Source: an uncultured archaeon
GTDB taxonomy: Archaea; Asgardarchaeota; Thorarchaeia; Thorarchaeales; Thorarchaeaceae
DNA: 32,000 nucleotides
Direction: 5' to 3'
Assembly: GCA_964354495.1 (NCBI GenBank)
Contig: CAYHAA010000008.1
Location: forward strand, 1-32,000
Part shown: positions 1 to 8,596 of the stretch, piece after piece
Numbering within the stretch: position 1 is the stretch's first letter
How the letters are laid out: each line of letters starts with the position of its first letter
The notes under the pieces: generated by a model
Database searches by the model: none
What the model saw: only the letters and a program-made list of their open reading frames with translations
Told to the model about the DNA's origin: nothing
Made by a program: the position numbers and the translations under genes

Positions 1-1
1 T

Positions 2-1996
2 GATGATGCAAGACGAGTGCTCCAGATATATGCCCGAATATGCGTTGAGTCTGCATTCATTACTATGCACTATTATTTCTGAGCTCTCGAAGATGTATAT
101 TGCATCACCGCCATTGGAGTTGAATGTATTGTTGAAAATAGTCATCCCCACCGATGTGTCTACAAACATGGCATATCCCAGATTGAAATCGCAGGTGTTG
201 TTGTAGATAAGGGTATCAACCGCAGAGGAGAGCAGGAGTCCATAGTAGCGATTACCCGTGACTATATTTCCCGTGAGTTTTCCGTCTGGTGAGCTCGAAA
301 CAACTATACCATAGGAATTGTCACTACAATGATTTTCGACCAGTGATGTACTGACCGAGTTTCCCACACTGATTCCCGAGCTCGTCGAGTGATCACAGAC
401 AGTGTTCTGGACAAGTGTGAAGTTTGAATGCACAACACTCACAGCCGTCTGTCTGGCGAAACTGCAGTCCGAATCGATGATGCTGCATCCGTTGCTGTAC
501 GCGACAGTCATTCCAGTGACAGTATGGGAGCAGTCTAGAGATGCAAGTACAACATTACTGCAATTAGTGAGGAAGATCTGACCGCGCGGACTGGAGATCG
601 TGATATCTTGAAGTGAGTTATGGAACGTTAGGGGTTTGCCATTGACCATATTGCCGGTGACATTGTCAGAATATCTGAAGTAATCCTGCATGCTCATGGC
701 CTGACACATTATTCCATCGTCTGTGAAGTCATTGTCTGTGACTGTCATGTTCCATTGGTACTTGATTTCCAGACCATAATAGATGCTGCTCACGAGTCTG
801 TTATTCTGAATAGATGCCGTTCCTGCTCCTTCAAGTTCAATGCCGCGCCCGTTCTCTATTATGTTACAGTCAGTGATATTCACAGAGTCCGAACTGTCGA
901 TCAAGAACCCAGAGTACATATTCTGAGACAGAGTGAGATTGAAGAGCGTGAGATCACTGCAAAAGATGAAATAGCAGCCATCCGCTTGGTTCATAGATGT
1001 AGTTACGTTCTCCATATCGATGTTGTCAGAATAAGTGGCAAAGAGCCCTCTGTCATCGTTATGATCAAGATGACTGTCACGAATCTCGAAATCTGTACAC
1101 CAGAGCATAAAGACTCCATTCTCGGAATGGCTCAGATTCAGGTTGGAGAGTCGAGTCTTGGTGCAGTTTATCAGAATTGCCTGACCAATCCCTCCATCAT
1201 AAGTTACTCCCTCCTCACTGACTAGGAATGCAAGAGGCAGTCCATTCACAGTGTTGTTCTTCTCACTAATGGTCTCATAGGCTGCAACGGTAGTCATTAG
1301 GACATAGAAGCCATCATCAATTAGGGTGTTGTTCTCAACGAGTGCGTTGTACGCATAGAAGAGACCAATGCCATGCCCATTAGCCCAGAGTCTGTTGTTC
1401 GCCACGATAGTGGCGCCTGCTATGATTCTCATTCCATATTCATCGTTTTCGAAAGCCGTGTTGTTGAAGGCTGTGCTGTTATCTGCGTGATCAATGAGCA
1501 TTGCATCTATGCACCTTTGGATTGAGCAGTCCTTCACGATTGCCTCAGATGCGTATGATAACACTATACCCTTACTCAACGACTCACAGTGAATGCGCTC
1601 AACCACTGCGGTACCGGTCGCAGCGCTATTGATCTCGATACCAGTGCATGACGAGAATCCTCCTCCGCTCAGCCAACAATCACGAAGAACGAAATGCTTG
1701 GTCGTGCTCCAGATGAGAATACCTCTCGCATTGTCTGCCTCTGTTGTGATATTCCATCCTTCTAGCACATAGGGTGTGCCGGGGTCCCCTGTTCCAGACA
1801 CAGCATAGAATGCCAGTGCTGTGTCATTTCTTATATCAATAGGATCGTGTTGGGTGTAACTCGACAGTGTCATTATGTTAGTAGTGCTCTCTTCGTTCTG
1901 TGCATACTCTATAGTGACTGGATACATCCAAATGAATGAACCCAGGAACAGAATCAGACATAATGTGAACAAGGACACACCTTTTCCACGCGACAA
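2..1996 (-). CDS. Large secreted right-handed parallel beta-helix (NosD/PbH1-repeat) protein, >665 aa, runs off the left window edge
   Basis: Absent from the ORF track because there is no stop in the window. TTG start at 1996 with GGAGG upstream. Translates MSRGKGVSLFTLCLILFLGSFIWMYP (signal/TM), then HDPIDIRND...GTGDPGTPYVLEGWNIT, and short beta-helix repeats near the edge (GYAMFVDTSVGMTIFNNTF, NAYSGIYLEHSSCII). Frame spot-checked at both ends, not codon by codon. Confidence 0.85.
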   Translation of the reverse strand, partial: MSRGKGVSLFTLCLILFLGSFIWMYPVTIEYAQNEESTTNIMTLSSYTQHDPIDIRNDTALAFYAVSGTGDPGTPYVLEGWNITTEADNARGILIWSTTKHFVLRDCWLSGGGFSSCTGIEINSAATGTAVVERIHCESLSKGIVLSYASEAIVKDCSIQRCIDAMLIDHADNSTAFNNTAFENDEYGMRIIAGATIVANNRLWANGHGIGLFYAYNALVENNTLIDDGFYVLMTTVAAYETISEKNNTVNGLPLAFLVSEEGVTYDGGIGQAILINCTKTRLSNLNLSHSENGVFMLWCTDFEIRDSHLDHNDDRGLFATYSDNIDMENVTTSMNQADGCYFIFCSDLTLFNLTLSQNMYSGFLIDSSDSVNITDCNIIENGRGIELEGAGTASIQNNRLVSSIYYGLEIKYQWNMTVTDNDFTDDGIMCQAMSMQDYFRYSDNVTGNMVNGKPLTFHNSLQDITISSPRGQIFLTNCSNVVLASLDCSHTVTGMTVAYSNGCSIIDSDCSFARQTAVSVVHSNFTLVQNTVCDHSTSSGISVGNSVSTSLVENHCSDNSYGIVVSSSPDGKLTGNIVTGNRYYGLLLSSAVDTLIYNNTCDFNLGYAMFVDTSVGMTIFNNTFNSNGGDAIYIFESSEIIVHSNECRLNAYSGIYLEHSSCII

Positions 1997-2313
1997 TGGC
2001 TCTCCTCCCAAATAGCTGCTGAATAGTGCTGACTGAATGAAGTACCTGCCAATAAGCGCTTCGGAAAACCGATTTCCTCATTTCCAAGATTATTCTATGG
2101 TATAGCCATGAAAATTATGTATTTGAAGTGTTACTCAATACAGAATGCTATTTTTCTAGTACACTATTGTTCATACTTCAAGCCCCACAGCCTCAGCCCT
2201 CGTCAAGGATTCCATTGGTCTTGATGTGGAAAGCAATCTCGTTCAGTGCCACTCCTACACTGCGTCAGTCAATCTGTATTTAAGGTAAATTGGCAACTTT
2301 CTTGGTGAGTGTC

Positions 2314-2454
2314 ATGATTGACATTGAAAATCTGACAAAAAAATTCGGCAATCTTACCGCCGTCGAGGCTCTCAATCTGCATGTTAATGAGGGCGAGGTC
2401 TTTGGTTTCCTTGGACCCAGTGAATCAGAAGGGGTACAGGAGGTGAAAATATGA
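2314..2454 (+). pseudogene. 5' remnant of an ABC-2-type ATP-binding protein, truncated inside Walker A
   Basis: MIDIENLTKKFGNLTAVEALNLHVNEGEVFGFLGP is a typical ABC ATPase N-terminus. The expected NGAGKTT is replaced by SESEGVQEVKI-stop. Confidence 0.8.
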
Positions 2455-2627
2455 ATAGTATGAAATTAAGACTTCTCCTAATGGGGTGCATCCTGATGAT
2501 TATAGGTGGCGACCTGACTGTTTTTAGTGGTGTCTCTGTGCTTCTCATTGGAGTAGTTTGTGTAGGAATAATACTACTTGTGGTTGGGGTTGTTTGGAAG
2601 CCTCGAGAGAAAGTAGACAACACCTGA
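2451..2627 (+). CDS. Small (58 aa) two-TM membrane protein
   Basis: Strong RBS AGGAGGTGA 5 nt before the ATG. MNSMKLRLLLMGCILMIIGGDLTVFSGVSVLLIGVVCVGIILLVVGVVWKPREKVDNT has two hydrophobic segments and a basic tail. Below the ORF-track cutoff. Confidence 0.7.
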   Translation: MNSMKLRLLLMGCILMIIGGDLTVFSGVSVLLIGVVCVGIILLVVGVVWKPREKVDNT

Positions 2628-2778
2628 AGGGATGCTGAATTGGTTAAGCATCAGCGTAAACAAGCCCCATAAGATGACGCGCGATATGGTTCGGGTATTC
2701 ATGTCGATTCACGTGATACTAGAAGGGAATGCTTTATTGAATCTTGAAGGATTTCATTTACTGTTTCTATGGTAACAT

Positions 2779-2786
2779 TTTATAAA
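2779..2786 (+). promoter_or_regulatory. Candidate archaeal TATA box (TTTATAAA)
   Basis: Consensus TATA box ending 22 nt before the ATG at 2809, the spacing expected for a leaderless or short-leader transcript. Confidence 0.5.
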
Positions 2787-2808
2787 ACCGCGGAGGAGTC
2801 GTTGGAAC

Positions 2809-3621
2809 ATGGTGAAGATTCTTCCTACCGAGTTCACCTCAGAAGCAGAGACGATCAGGGGAAGATTCGTCCTTCCAAAGGGAAGAGGACCCTTCCCAGG
2901 TATTTGCAAGTTCCACGGACTTCCGGGTGAACCCGACCAGGTCAGTGGTGTTGCAACAAGGCTTGCTGAGGCTGGTTTTGCGGTTCTGACTTTTGACTTC
3001 AGGGGCTTCAGGCAGAGCGACGGACTGTTCTCTCTCGCGGGCGAGATTAAGGATGCCAGCGCAGCCATCTCACACCTGCTGGAGTCGGACCTGACGGTCG
3101 ATTCATGGTCCGGAGTGTACGCTGCAAGTTTTGGTGGAGCAGTCGCAGTCTGTACCTTGGCTGAGGATAGGCGTGCCAACGCGCTCTGCCTGCGGGCACC
3201 AGTCTATGACACGCTCTGGTTCGCCCAGTCACCAATGATTCGTCCCTCTGTTGATTCCATCGTTCAGACAGATCCCACTCAGATCCGTGGCATCGAAGAC
3301 CCGAAGATTCAGGCGCGACTACTTCGCGGGATGGTGAAAGATGCCAGAGTACACAATCCGATGAACGAGATCTCCAAGATATCACCATGTCCATTACTGA
3401 TTATCCATGGTAGTGATGATGTAGGTGTTGACCTAGCAGGAGTGAAGCGCCTATACGAACTGGCTGGCGAGCCAAAGGACCTGGTCATCGTAGAGGGCGC
3501 AGACCATAATCTCTCAGACCCCCGAGCATACGAGATAACTATGAGCACGGTGGTTGAATGGTTCAAGAAGCAGTGGATGAACCGTCGAAGGAAGGCAAAG
3601 AGTCGGAAGACTAGGGCATAG
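2809..3621 (+). CDS. Alpha/beta-fold hydrolase (esterase/peptidase-like)
   Basis: KFHGLPG, VLTFDFRGFRQSDG, nucleophile elbow YAASFGG, LLIIHGSDD (acid) and EGADH (His). Confidence 0.88.
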   Translation: MVKILPTEFTSEAETIRGRFVLPKGRGPFPGICKFHGLPGEPDQVSGVATRLAEAGFAVLTFDFRGFRQSDGLFSLAGEIKDASAAISHLLESDLTVDSWSGVYAASFGGAVAVCTLAEDRRANALCLRAPVYDTLWFAQSPMIRPSVDSIVQTDPTQIRGIEDPKIQARLLRGMVKDARVHNPMNEISKISPCPLLIIHGSDDVGVDLAGVKRLYELAGEPKDLVIVEGADHNLSDPRAYEITMSTVVEWFKKQWMNRRRKAKSRKTRA

Positions 3622-3690
3622 ACTGAAACTCTTCTGATAGCCAATGATATTTAACTGATATATCGCCAGTGTTGTCCTGAGGTCGTTGAT

Positions 3691-4869
3691 GTGGAGTCGA
3701 TGTTGGTGAGTGTTGATGCTGAGAGGATATACCAGCACGTGCTGAAGACCGAGGGTGAGAAGCATCCCCTCTTCAGCCCCGAGCGGATGGAGGCCTGTGC
3801 TGACTATATCCTTGCAGAGTTCGAGTCCTACGGTCTGAAGACCAACGTTCACAGGTTCGAGGTAGAGGGATTCGACTATACGTTCCGCAACATCGAGGCC
3901 ATCACAGGGGGCGACGGACCTGAACTCCTCGTGGTTTCACACTATGACACAGTGAGGCACGCCCCGGGAGCCAACGACAACGGGTCTGCCATCGCAGTGA
4001 TGCTTGAGGCAGCTTGGGTACTCTCTCTAGGCGAACTCTCCAACACAGTTAGATTCATCAGCTTCAACCTTGAGGATCTCAATCCGCTCAGAGCACAGCA
4101 GATGAGGGAACTTGCCCTTCAGTATAGCATCCGCGATGAGGACGGGTACTATACATCGTGGCGAACCTGTCAGAAGATGGAGTCTTTTGCCCGACTGCAG
4201 TTCAAGTTCATCACAGAGTCCAGGACCTATGCTGAGGCAGCTGCGAAGGCAATCGCGGAGATGGGCGAGGAGCTCAGCCCCTTAGAGCGAGAGTTTCTGC
4301 AGGGCATTCAGGACCTCTCGGAGGGGCTCACCATGGCGAACTGGCCCGGACAGACCAGTCTGATGGGAAGCAGTGCCTGGGTGAGAGACGCCCTCAAGCG
4401 CGGACAGAGGATAAAGGGAGTCCTCTGCCTTGAGACCATGGGGTATGTCTCCAACAAGAAGAACTCGCAGCACTTTCCAGAGGGACTCGACCCTGACATG
4501 TTCAAGATCTACGGCACAGAGCCCGACCTCAAGACGGGCGATTTTCTCACCATTGTGGGCGACCGCAACTCAGCAGCCCTTGCAGAGACCTTCTGCGAAC
4601 AGTGCAGGCGCGAGTCGGTCCAGCTCCCGTACGCCTGCCTTCAGGAGGACTTCACCTATGAACAGGCTGCGTACATCATGCATGATATTCTACGCTCGGA
4701 CCACGCCCCGTTCTGGAGAGAGAATATCCCGGCGCTCATGTTGACTGACAGTGCCGACTTCCGCTATCCCTTCTATCACACACCCGCCGACACCATTGAC
4801 AGACTTGACTTTGACTTTCTCGCAAAGATCTGCAGGGCTGTTGTGGCAACCGCTCTTGCACTCGAATGA
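3691..4869 (+). CDS. M28-family (clan MH) zinc metallopeptidase with a large internal insertion
   Basis: Motifs SHYDT, PGANDNGS, FNLED, CLETMG, RSDHAPFW and YHTPADT. Confidence 0.88.
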   Translation: MESMLVSVDAERIYQHVLKTEGEKHPLFSPERMEACADYILAEFESYGLKTNVHRFEVEGFDYTFRNIEAITGGDGPELLVVSHYDTVRHAPGANDNGSAIAVMLEAAWVLSLGELSNTVRFISFNLEDLNPLRAQQMRELALQYSIRDEDGYYTSWRTCQKMESFARLQFKFITESRTYAEAAAKAIAEMGEELSPLEREFLQGIQDLSEGLTMANWPGQTSLMGSSAWVRDALKRGQRIKGVLCLETMGYVSNKKNSQHFPEGLDPDMFKIYGTEPDLKTGDFLTIVGDRNSAALAETFCEQCRRESVQLPYACLQEDFTYEQAAYIMHDILRSDHAPFWRENIPALMLTDSADFRYPFYHTPADTIDRLDFDFLAKICRAVVATALALE

Positions 4870-4963
4870 CACGCACTGCCATCAGATGGACCTGATTGCC
4901 GATTCCCAAGATTATTATAGTTAATCTCTATCGCATCTAACTCTGTATATGGAGGTCTCTCTC

Positions 4964-5530
4964 ATGCAGAAGACTCGAGAAGAGTGGCTACAGGAAGTAG
5001 TCGCAAAGATGGAGAAGGAGAAGGGATTCACCCTCGACCAGTGGGTCAAGATGGTGCGGGATGCCAAGTTGACCAAGCACGGCGAGATTCTCGACTTCTT
5101 CAAGAAGAAGCACGGCATCACCCACGGCTATGCCAGTGCGCTCACACATGCGGTGCGCGATGTGCTGGAAGGTGTGGAGTCTGAGGATGATCTCATTGAG
5201 GCACAGTACACAGGCGAGAAGGCAGCCCTGAAACCCATCTATGAGAAGGTCATCAAGACTGTCACGGGCTTCGGAGATGATGTCACAGTCACCCCGATGA
5301 AGGCATATGTCAGCCTCAGGTGGAAGAAGCAATTCGCAATTGTGCAGTCGTCCACGAAGATGCGTATGGACATCGGGCTACAGCTCAAGGGCAAGAGCCC
5401 GACAGAGCGCTTGGAGGCTGGTGCCAAGTGGAACGACATGTTCACTCACCGCGTGAAAGTGACCAGCAAGGATGAGGTCGATGCTGAGCTTGTGGCGTGG
5501 CTCAGAGAGGCCTATGAGAACGCAGGCTAG
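4964..5530 (+). CDS. DUF4287 + DUF5655 domain protein
   Basis: N-terminal LTKHGEILDFFKKKHGITHGYA and C-terminal KAYVSLRWKKQFA...RVKVTSKDEVDAELVAWLREAYE. GGAGGT 8 nt upstream favours ATG 4964 over 4949. Confidence 0.8.
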   Translation: MQKTREEWLQEVVAKMEKEKGFTLDQWVKMVRDAKLTKHGEILDFFKKKHGITHGYASALTHAVRDVLEGVESEDDLIEAQYTGEKAALKPIYEKVIKTVTGFGDDVTVTPMKAYVSLRWKKQFAIVQSSTKMRMDIGLQLKGKSPTERLEAGAKWNDMFTHRVKVTSKDEVDAELVAWLREAYENAG

Positions 5531-5543
5531 GAGATGAGGCTGG

Positions 5544-5567
5544 GAGGGAGATTCCCTCTGTCCTTTT
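5544..5567 (+). terminator. Short hairpin plus T-run between convergent genes
   Basis: GAGGGA-gat-TCCCTC followed by tgtcctttt, 13 nt after the stop at 5530. Confidence 0.35.
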
Positions 5568-5612
5568 CGAAGCAACGCCATTCTTTCTCTCAATACCCTG
5601 AATCAGTGAGAC

Positions 5613-6524
5613 CTAGAAACTGATTGCGATGAGGAATATGAAGATGGGAACGTCAGTGAGGAAGTGGACAAGCCACGCCACGAAGAACCCCCTTGTTTCC
5701 AGCATGCTCTTCCCAAGGAGCCACCCTAGGAATCCTGAGAGAGCAACACCAATGATTCCGTTTGGCACTCCGTAATAGTGACCCAGCCCGAAGTAGGCAG
5801 CCGTCACGATCAGTGAATCTGACTTACCCATGGTCGGTTCAAGTTCTCCGAGGGGCGCAGCACGAAGGGTGAACTCCTCATTGAACCCATTCATCGCAGC
5901 AATGAGCAGTGCGACTGGAATGAGCATCACATCGACAGTGAGAGTTCCCAGCTGGGCACTATTGGCTCCAAGGAGAAAGATGGCAGCCACGGCGACGAAG
6001 ACCAGTGCGAATATGAGGGCGATCTTGATCCAGGGTTCGGGCTTGTCCGTTTTGAGCAGTGGAGAGGGCTCGACAGTGGCATGCATATCGCCCTTCGTCA
6101 GGAAGAAGTCCTTTCTCTTTCTCCCTGTGAGGAGAAGCATTATCAGAATTATCAATGCAGGCGCGAGACGCAGACTATGCAGGGAGAGCTCGTAGAGGAC
6201 CTTCGGACCGGCGGCCTCCCATGCAATCCAGGTGTCTGTTGCGCGGATATACGATATCAGGCCCCAATTCCACCCGCTCGCATACCCCATGAAGAACAGA
6301 GTGACAATGATGAAGGCGAACCTGCGATGAGGCTTCAATGGACTGTAGACTAGTGTGGTAAGAAAGAGCAGTACAAGAATTCCTCCATGCAACCATTGCA
6401 GCCAGAATGGTTCCACTACCCCTAGAGTGCGCCATGGGATGATGCCGATGGGACTGGCGACGAGTATCATGATCCACGGAAGGAAGAACTGAATCCTGCT
6501 TGGAGCTGCCTTAGTCTCGGTCAT
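5613..6524 (-). CDS. CPBP-family (Abi/Rce1-like, type II CAAX protease) intramembrane glutamic endopeptidase
   Basis: Multi-TM protein with NGFNEEFTLRA, FGLGHY and VHFLTD motifs. ATG 6524 (MTETK) preferred: TTATAAAT lies about 30 nt upstream on the minus strand. The track start is 6551. Confidence 0.88.
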   Translation of the reverse strand: MTETKAAPSRIQFFLPWIMILVASPIGIIPWRTLGVVEPFWLQWLHGGILVLLFLTTLVYSPLKPHRRFAFIIVTLFFMGYASGWNWGLISYIRATDTWIAWEAAGPKVLYELSLHSLRLAPALIILIMLLLTGRKRKDFFLTKGDMHATVEPSPLLKTDKPEPWIKIALIFALVFVAVAAIFLLGANSAQLGTLTVDVMLIPVALLIAAMNGFNEEFTLRAAPLGELEPTMGKSDSLIVTAAYFGLGHYYGVPNGIIGVALSGFLGWLLGKSMLETRGFFVAWLVHFLTDVPIFIFLIAISF

Positions 6525-6661
6525 TTGTTCAATCCTGCACCTTGCATGCATGGCATTTATAAGTTCTGTCGGGCGTCAGAGCCTCTCAGGGAACGCTCAA
6601 AGTGGAGCATCAAGGTTATCAATAGGCTTGCGTGTGTCCCTGAACTACGACAGCGTGATGA

Positions 6662-7564
6662 GTGGACATAAGCCAGTTTGTCATCGAAACTCAGGGTCTC
6701 AGCAAGGCCTATGGAGACCTCTGGGCGCTGAAGTCTCTAGACCTCAGAGTGCCCAAGAACTCAATCTTTGCCTTCCTCGGCCCCAATGGTGCAGGGAAGA
6801 CCACAGCGATAAAGCTCCTTCTGGGCCTGACAGGCGCCTCGGAGGGAGGCGGGTACATCTTTGGCATGGACATTGCCCGTCAGAGCACTGAGATCCGTGG
6901 TCGCGTCGGGTATCTCGCCCAGCATCCGAAGTTCTACGACTATATGACAGCCCGAGAAAACCTTCGCTTCGCAGCACGATTCTTCTACACTGGTCCAAAG
7001 GAGCAAATCGAGAAACGCATCGAGCACCTCTTGAAATTGGTCGACCTTGAGGACAAGGCGGATCGGGCAATCAAGGGTTTCTCTGGTGGTGAAACACAGC
7101 GCCTTGGGATTGCTCAGGCTCTGATCAACGCGCCCGAGCTGTTGATTCTTGATGAGCCTGCCTCAGGATTGGACCCGCAGGGACGAGAGGAAGTTCTCGA
7201 TCTCATGGCACAGCTCCAGAGGATGAAGGCGATTCTGAAGGAGTATGAAGGTCCCTTCACACCCAAGTTTGACCTTGATAGCAAGTACGACCTCTGGTCT
7301 ATCAAGGATGTTGAGATTGCAGGAAGAAAGCGAAAAGAGGTCTATTTCGCTGGGTTGATCATTCAGAGCAAGTATGTCGGATTCTACTACATGCCAATCT
7401 ATACTGATACAGACCTTAGAGATGTGTTCGAGCCAGAGCTAATGAAGTTACTCAAGGGCAAGTCCTGTTTTCACATCAAGGAACTGGACGCCAAGCTTCA
7501 GAAGCAGATACGAAAGGCTCTCAAGGTCGGCCTCAAGCTCTACAAGACACGTGGATGGGTCTAG
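6662..7564 (+). CDS. Chimeric ORF: ABC ATPase lacking the H-loop, fused in frame to a DUF1801-like C-terminal domain
   Basis: Walker A GPNGAGKTT, Q-loop, signature FSGGE, Walker B LLILDE and D-loop are present. After about aa 185 the sequence switches to YDLWS...YFAGLIIQSKYVGFYYMPIY...KLLKGKSCFHIK...YKTRGWV. Confidence 0.75.
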   Translation: MDISQFVIETQGLSKAYGDLWALKSLDLRVPKNSIFAFLGPNGAGKTTAIKLLLGLTGASEGGGYIFGMDIARQSTEIRGRVGYLAQHPKFYDYMTARENLRFAARFFYTGPKEQIEKRIEHLLKLVDLEDKADRAIKGFSGGETQRLGIAQALINAPELLILDEPASGLDPQGREEVLDLMAQLQRMKAILKEYEGPFTPKFDLDSKYDLWSIKDVEIAGRKRKEVYFAGLIIQSKYVGFYYMPIYTDTDLRDVFEPELMKLLKGKSCFHIKELDAKLQKQIRKALKVGLKLYKTRGWV

Positions 7565-7566
7565 TG

Positions 7567-8067
7567 CTAAACCGGAATCCACTTCCTCACAGACTTCTTG
7601 TACTCAAGGAACTCTTCACCGAACTTCTCTTGTAGCTTTATCTCTTCATAGTCGGCTAATCTGTTATAATAGGCGCAGATGATGAGCCATACAATTAGTG
7701 TTGCAAGTGACAGTGTCAGGATGATTAGACCGAGATAGAAGAGTACAATCCCAAGGTACATTGGATTGCGGACTCGTGCGAAGACTCCCTTCGTCTTCAA
7801 ACCCCAGTCTTCTGTGTGAAAGAGATCTTTGAGGGAGGCATACAAATAGTAGACCGATACTGAAAGGACTATCATGCCAAGTATAACATACAGCCACATC
7901 AATGAAAAGGCAAACAGGAAAGTCGTGTACCGTATGAAGAACGAGTCGATGATCCAGACCACAAAGAATACCAGCATTAGAATAGCCTGTCCTCTATGGC
8001 AACCTGGCTTCTCGCCTGCTAGATGCTCGTGATCGTGTTTCTTCGTTCCGTCCCACCTCGGAGTCAT
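7567..8067 (-). CDS. ICMT/PEMT-family integral membrane methyltransferase (short form)
   Basis: GVFARVRNPMYLG...EEIKLQEKFGEEFLEYKKSVRKWIP. Confidence 0.88.
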   Translation of the reverse strand: MTPRWDGTKKHDHEHLAGEKPGCHRGQAILMLVFFVVWIIDSFFIRYTTFLFAFSLMWLYVILGMIVLSVSVYYLYASLKDLFHTEDWGLKTKGVFARVRNPMYLGIVLFYLGLIILTLSLATLIVWLIICAYYNRLADYEEIKLQEKFGEEFLEYKKSVRKWIPV

Positions 8068-8181
8068 ATCTCATCAGATTCTTCTTCGTGATCCATAGTG
8101 ACTCTATCCTGCTGTTTAATACTGTCTATCAACGCCACTAGTGTTTTGAGTGCATGAACCTATATTCCCAGACAGAGGTCT

Positions 8182-8580
8182 GTGACCATGACGTTTGCGA
8201 TTCGGACAGAGGGCTCTTGCAGTGGCGGAAAGGGCAAGTGGTCCTATACGGTTGAGTATGGGAATCGGGGGACAGGTTTTGAGGAGGTCCACTCAGACAG
8301 CGGCGAGGAGGTGGGTACTACCGATGTCCAGATGAAACTGATGGCCATTCTCAAGGCATTGACTCATGTCCAATCTATGGATGTAGTGGAGCCCGTCATC
8401 ATGAAGTCCGACTGCTCTCTTTGTGTCAAGTGTATCACCAAGGAGTTCGACTGTACAAGTAATGATGCACACAAGAGAGACAAGGTGACGAGGGGATTCG
8501 TGCAGTATCTTCAAGAGATCTGGTGGAAGATGGCTGGTCTGAATATCAGGTTTGAAACCATAGATTCAGCCGTTGCGTGA
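8182..8580 (+). CDS. RNase HI-fold protein with degenerate catalytic residues
   Basis: IRTEGSC / TTDVQMKLMAILKAL / VIMKSDC align with RNase HI IFTDGSC / TTNNRMELMAAIVAL / VILSTDS. Alternative ATG at 8188. Confidence 0.7.
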   Translation: MTMTFAIRTEGSCSGGKGKWSYTVEYGNRGTGFEEVHSDSGEEVGTTDVQMKLMAILKALTHVQSMDVVEPVIMKSDCSLCVKCITKEFDCTSNDAHKRDKVTRGFVQYLQEIWWKMAGLNIRFETIDSAVA

Positions 8581-8596
8581 TGCTTTCCTCAGTCTA

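Noticed and set aside
755-1225. 156-aa plus-strand ORF (also 3-206 on + and 1878-2087 on -)
   Set aside because: Antisense or off-frame shadows of the long minus-strand beta-helix gene.
2384-2623. 79-aa Thr/Pro-rich minus-strand ORF
   Set aside because: Antisense shadow of the 58-aa hydrophobic ORF, which has a strong RBS.
2084-4916. Identical 11-mer CCAAGATTATT in two intergenic regions (2084-2094 and 4906-4916)
   Set aside because: Only two copies of an AT-rich word, with inconsistent positions relative to starts; not distinguishable from chance.
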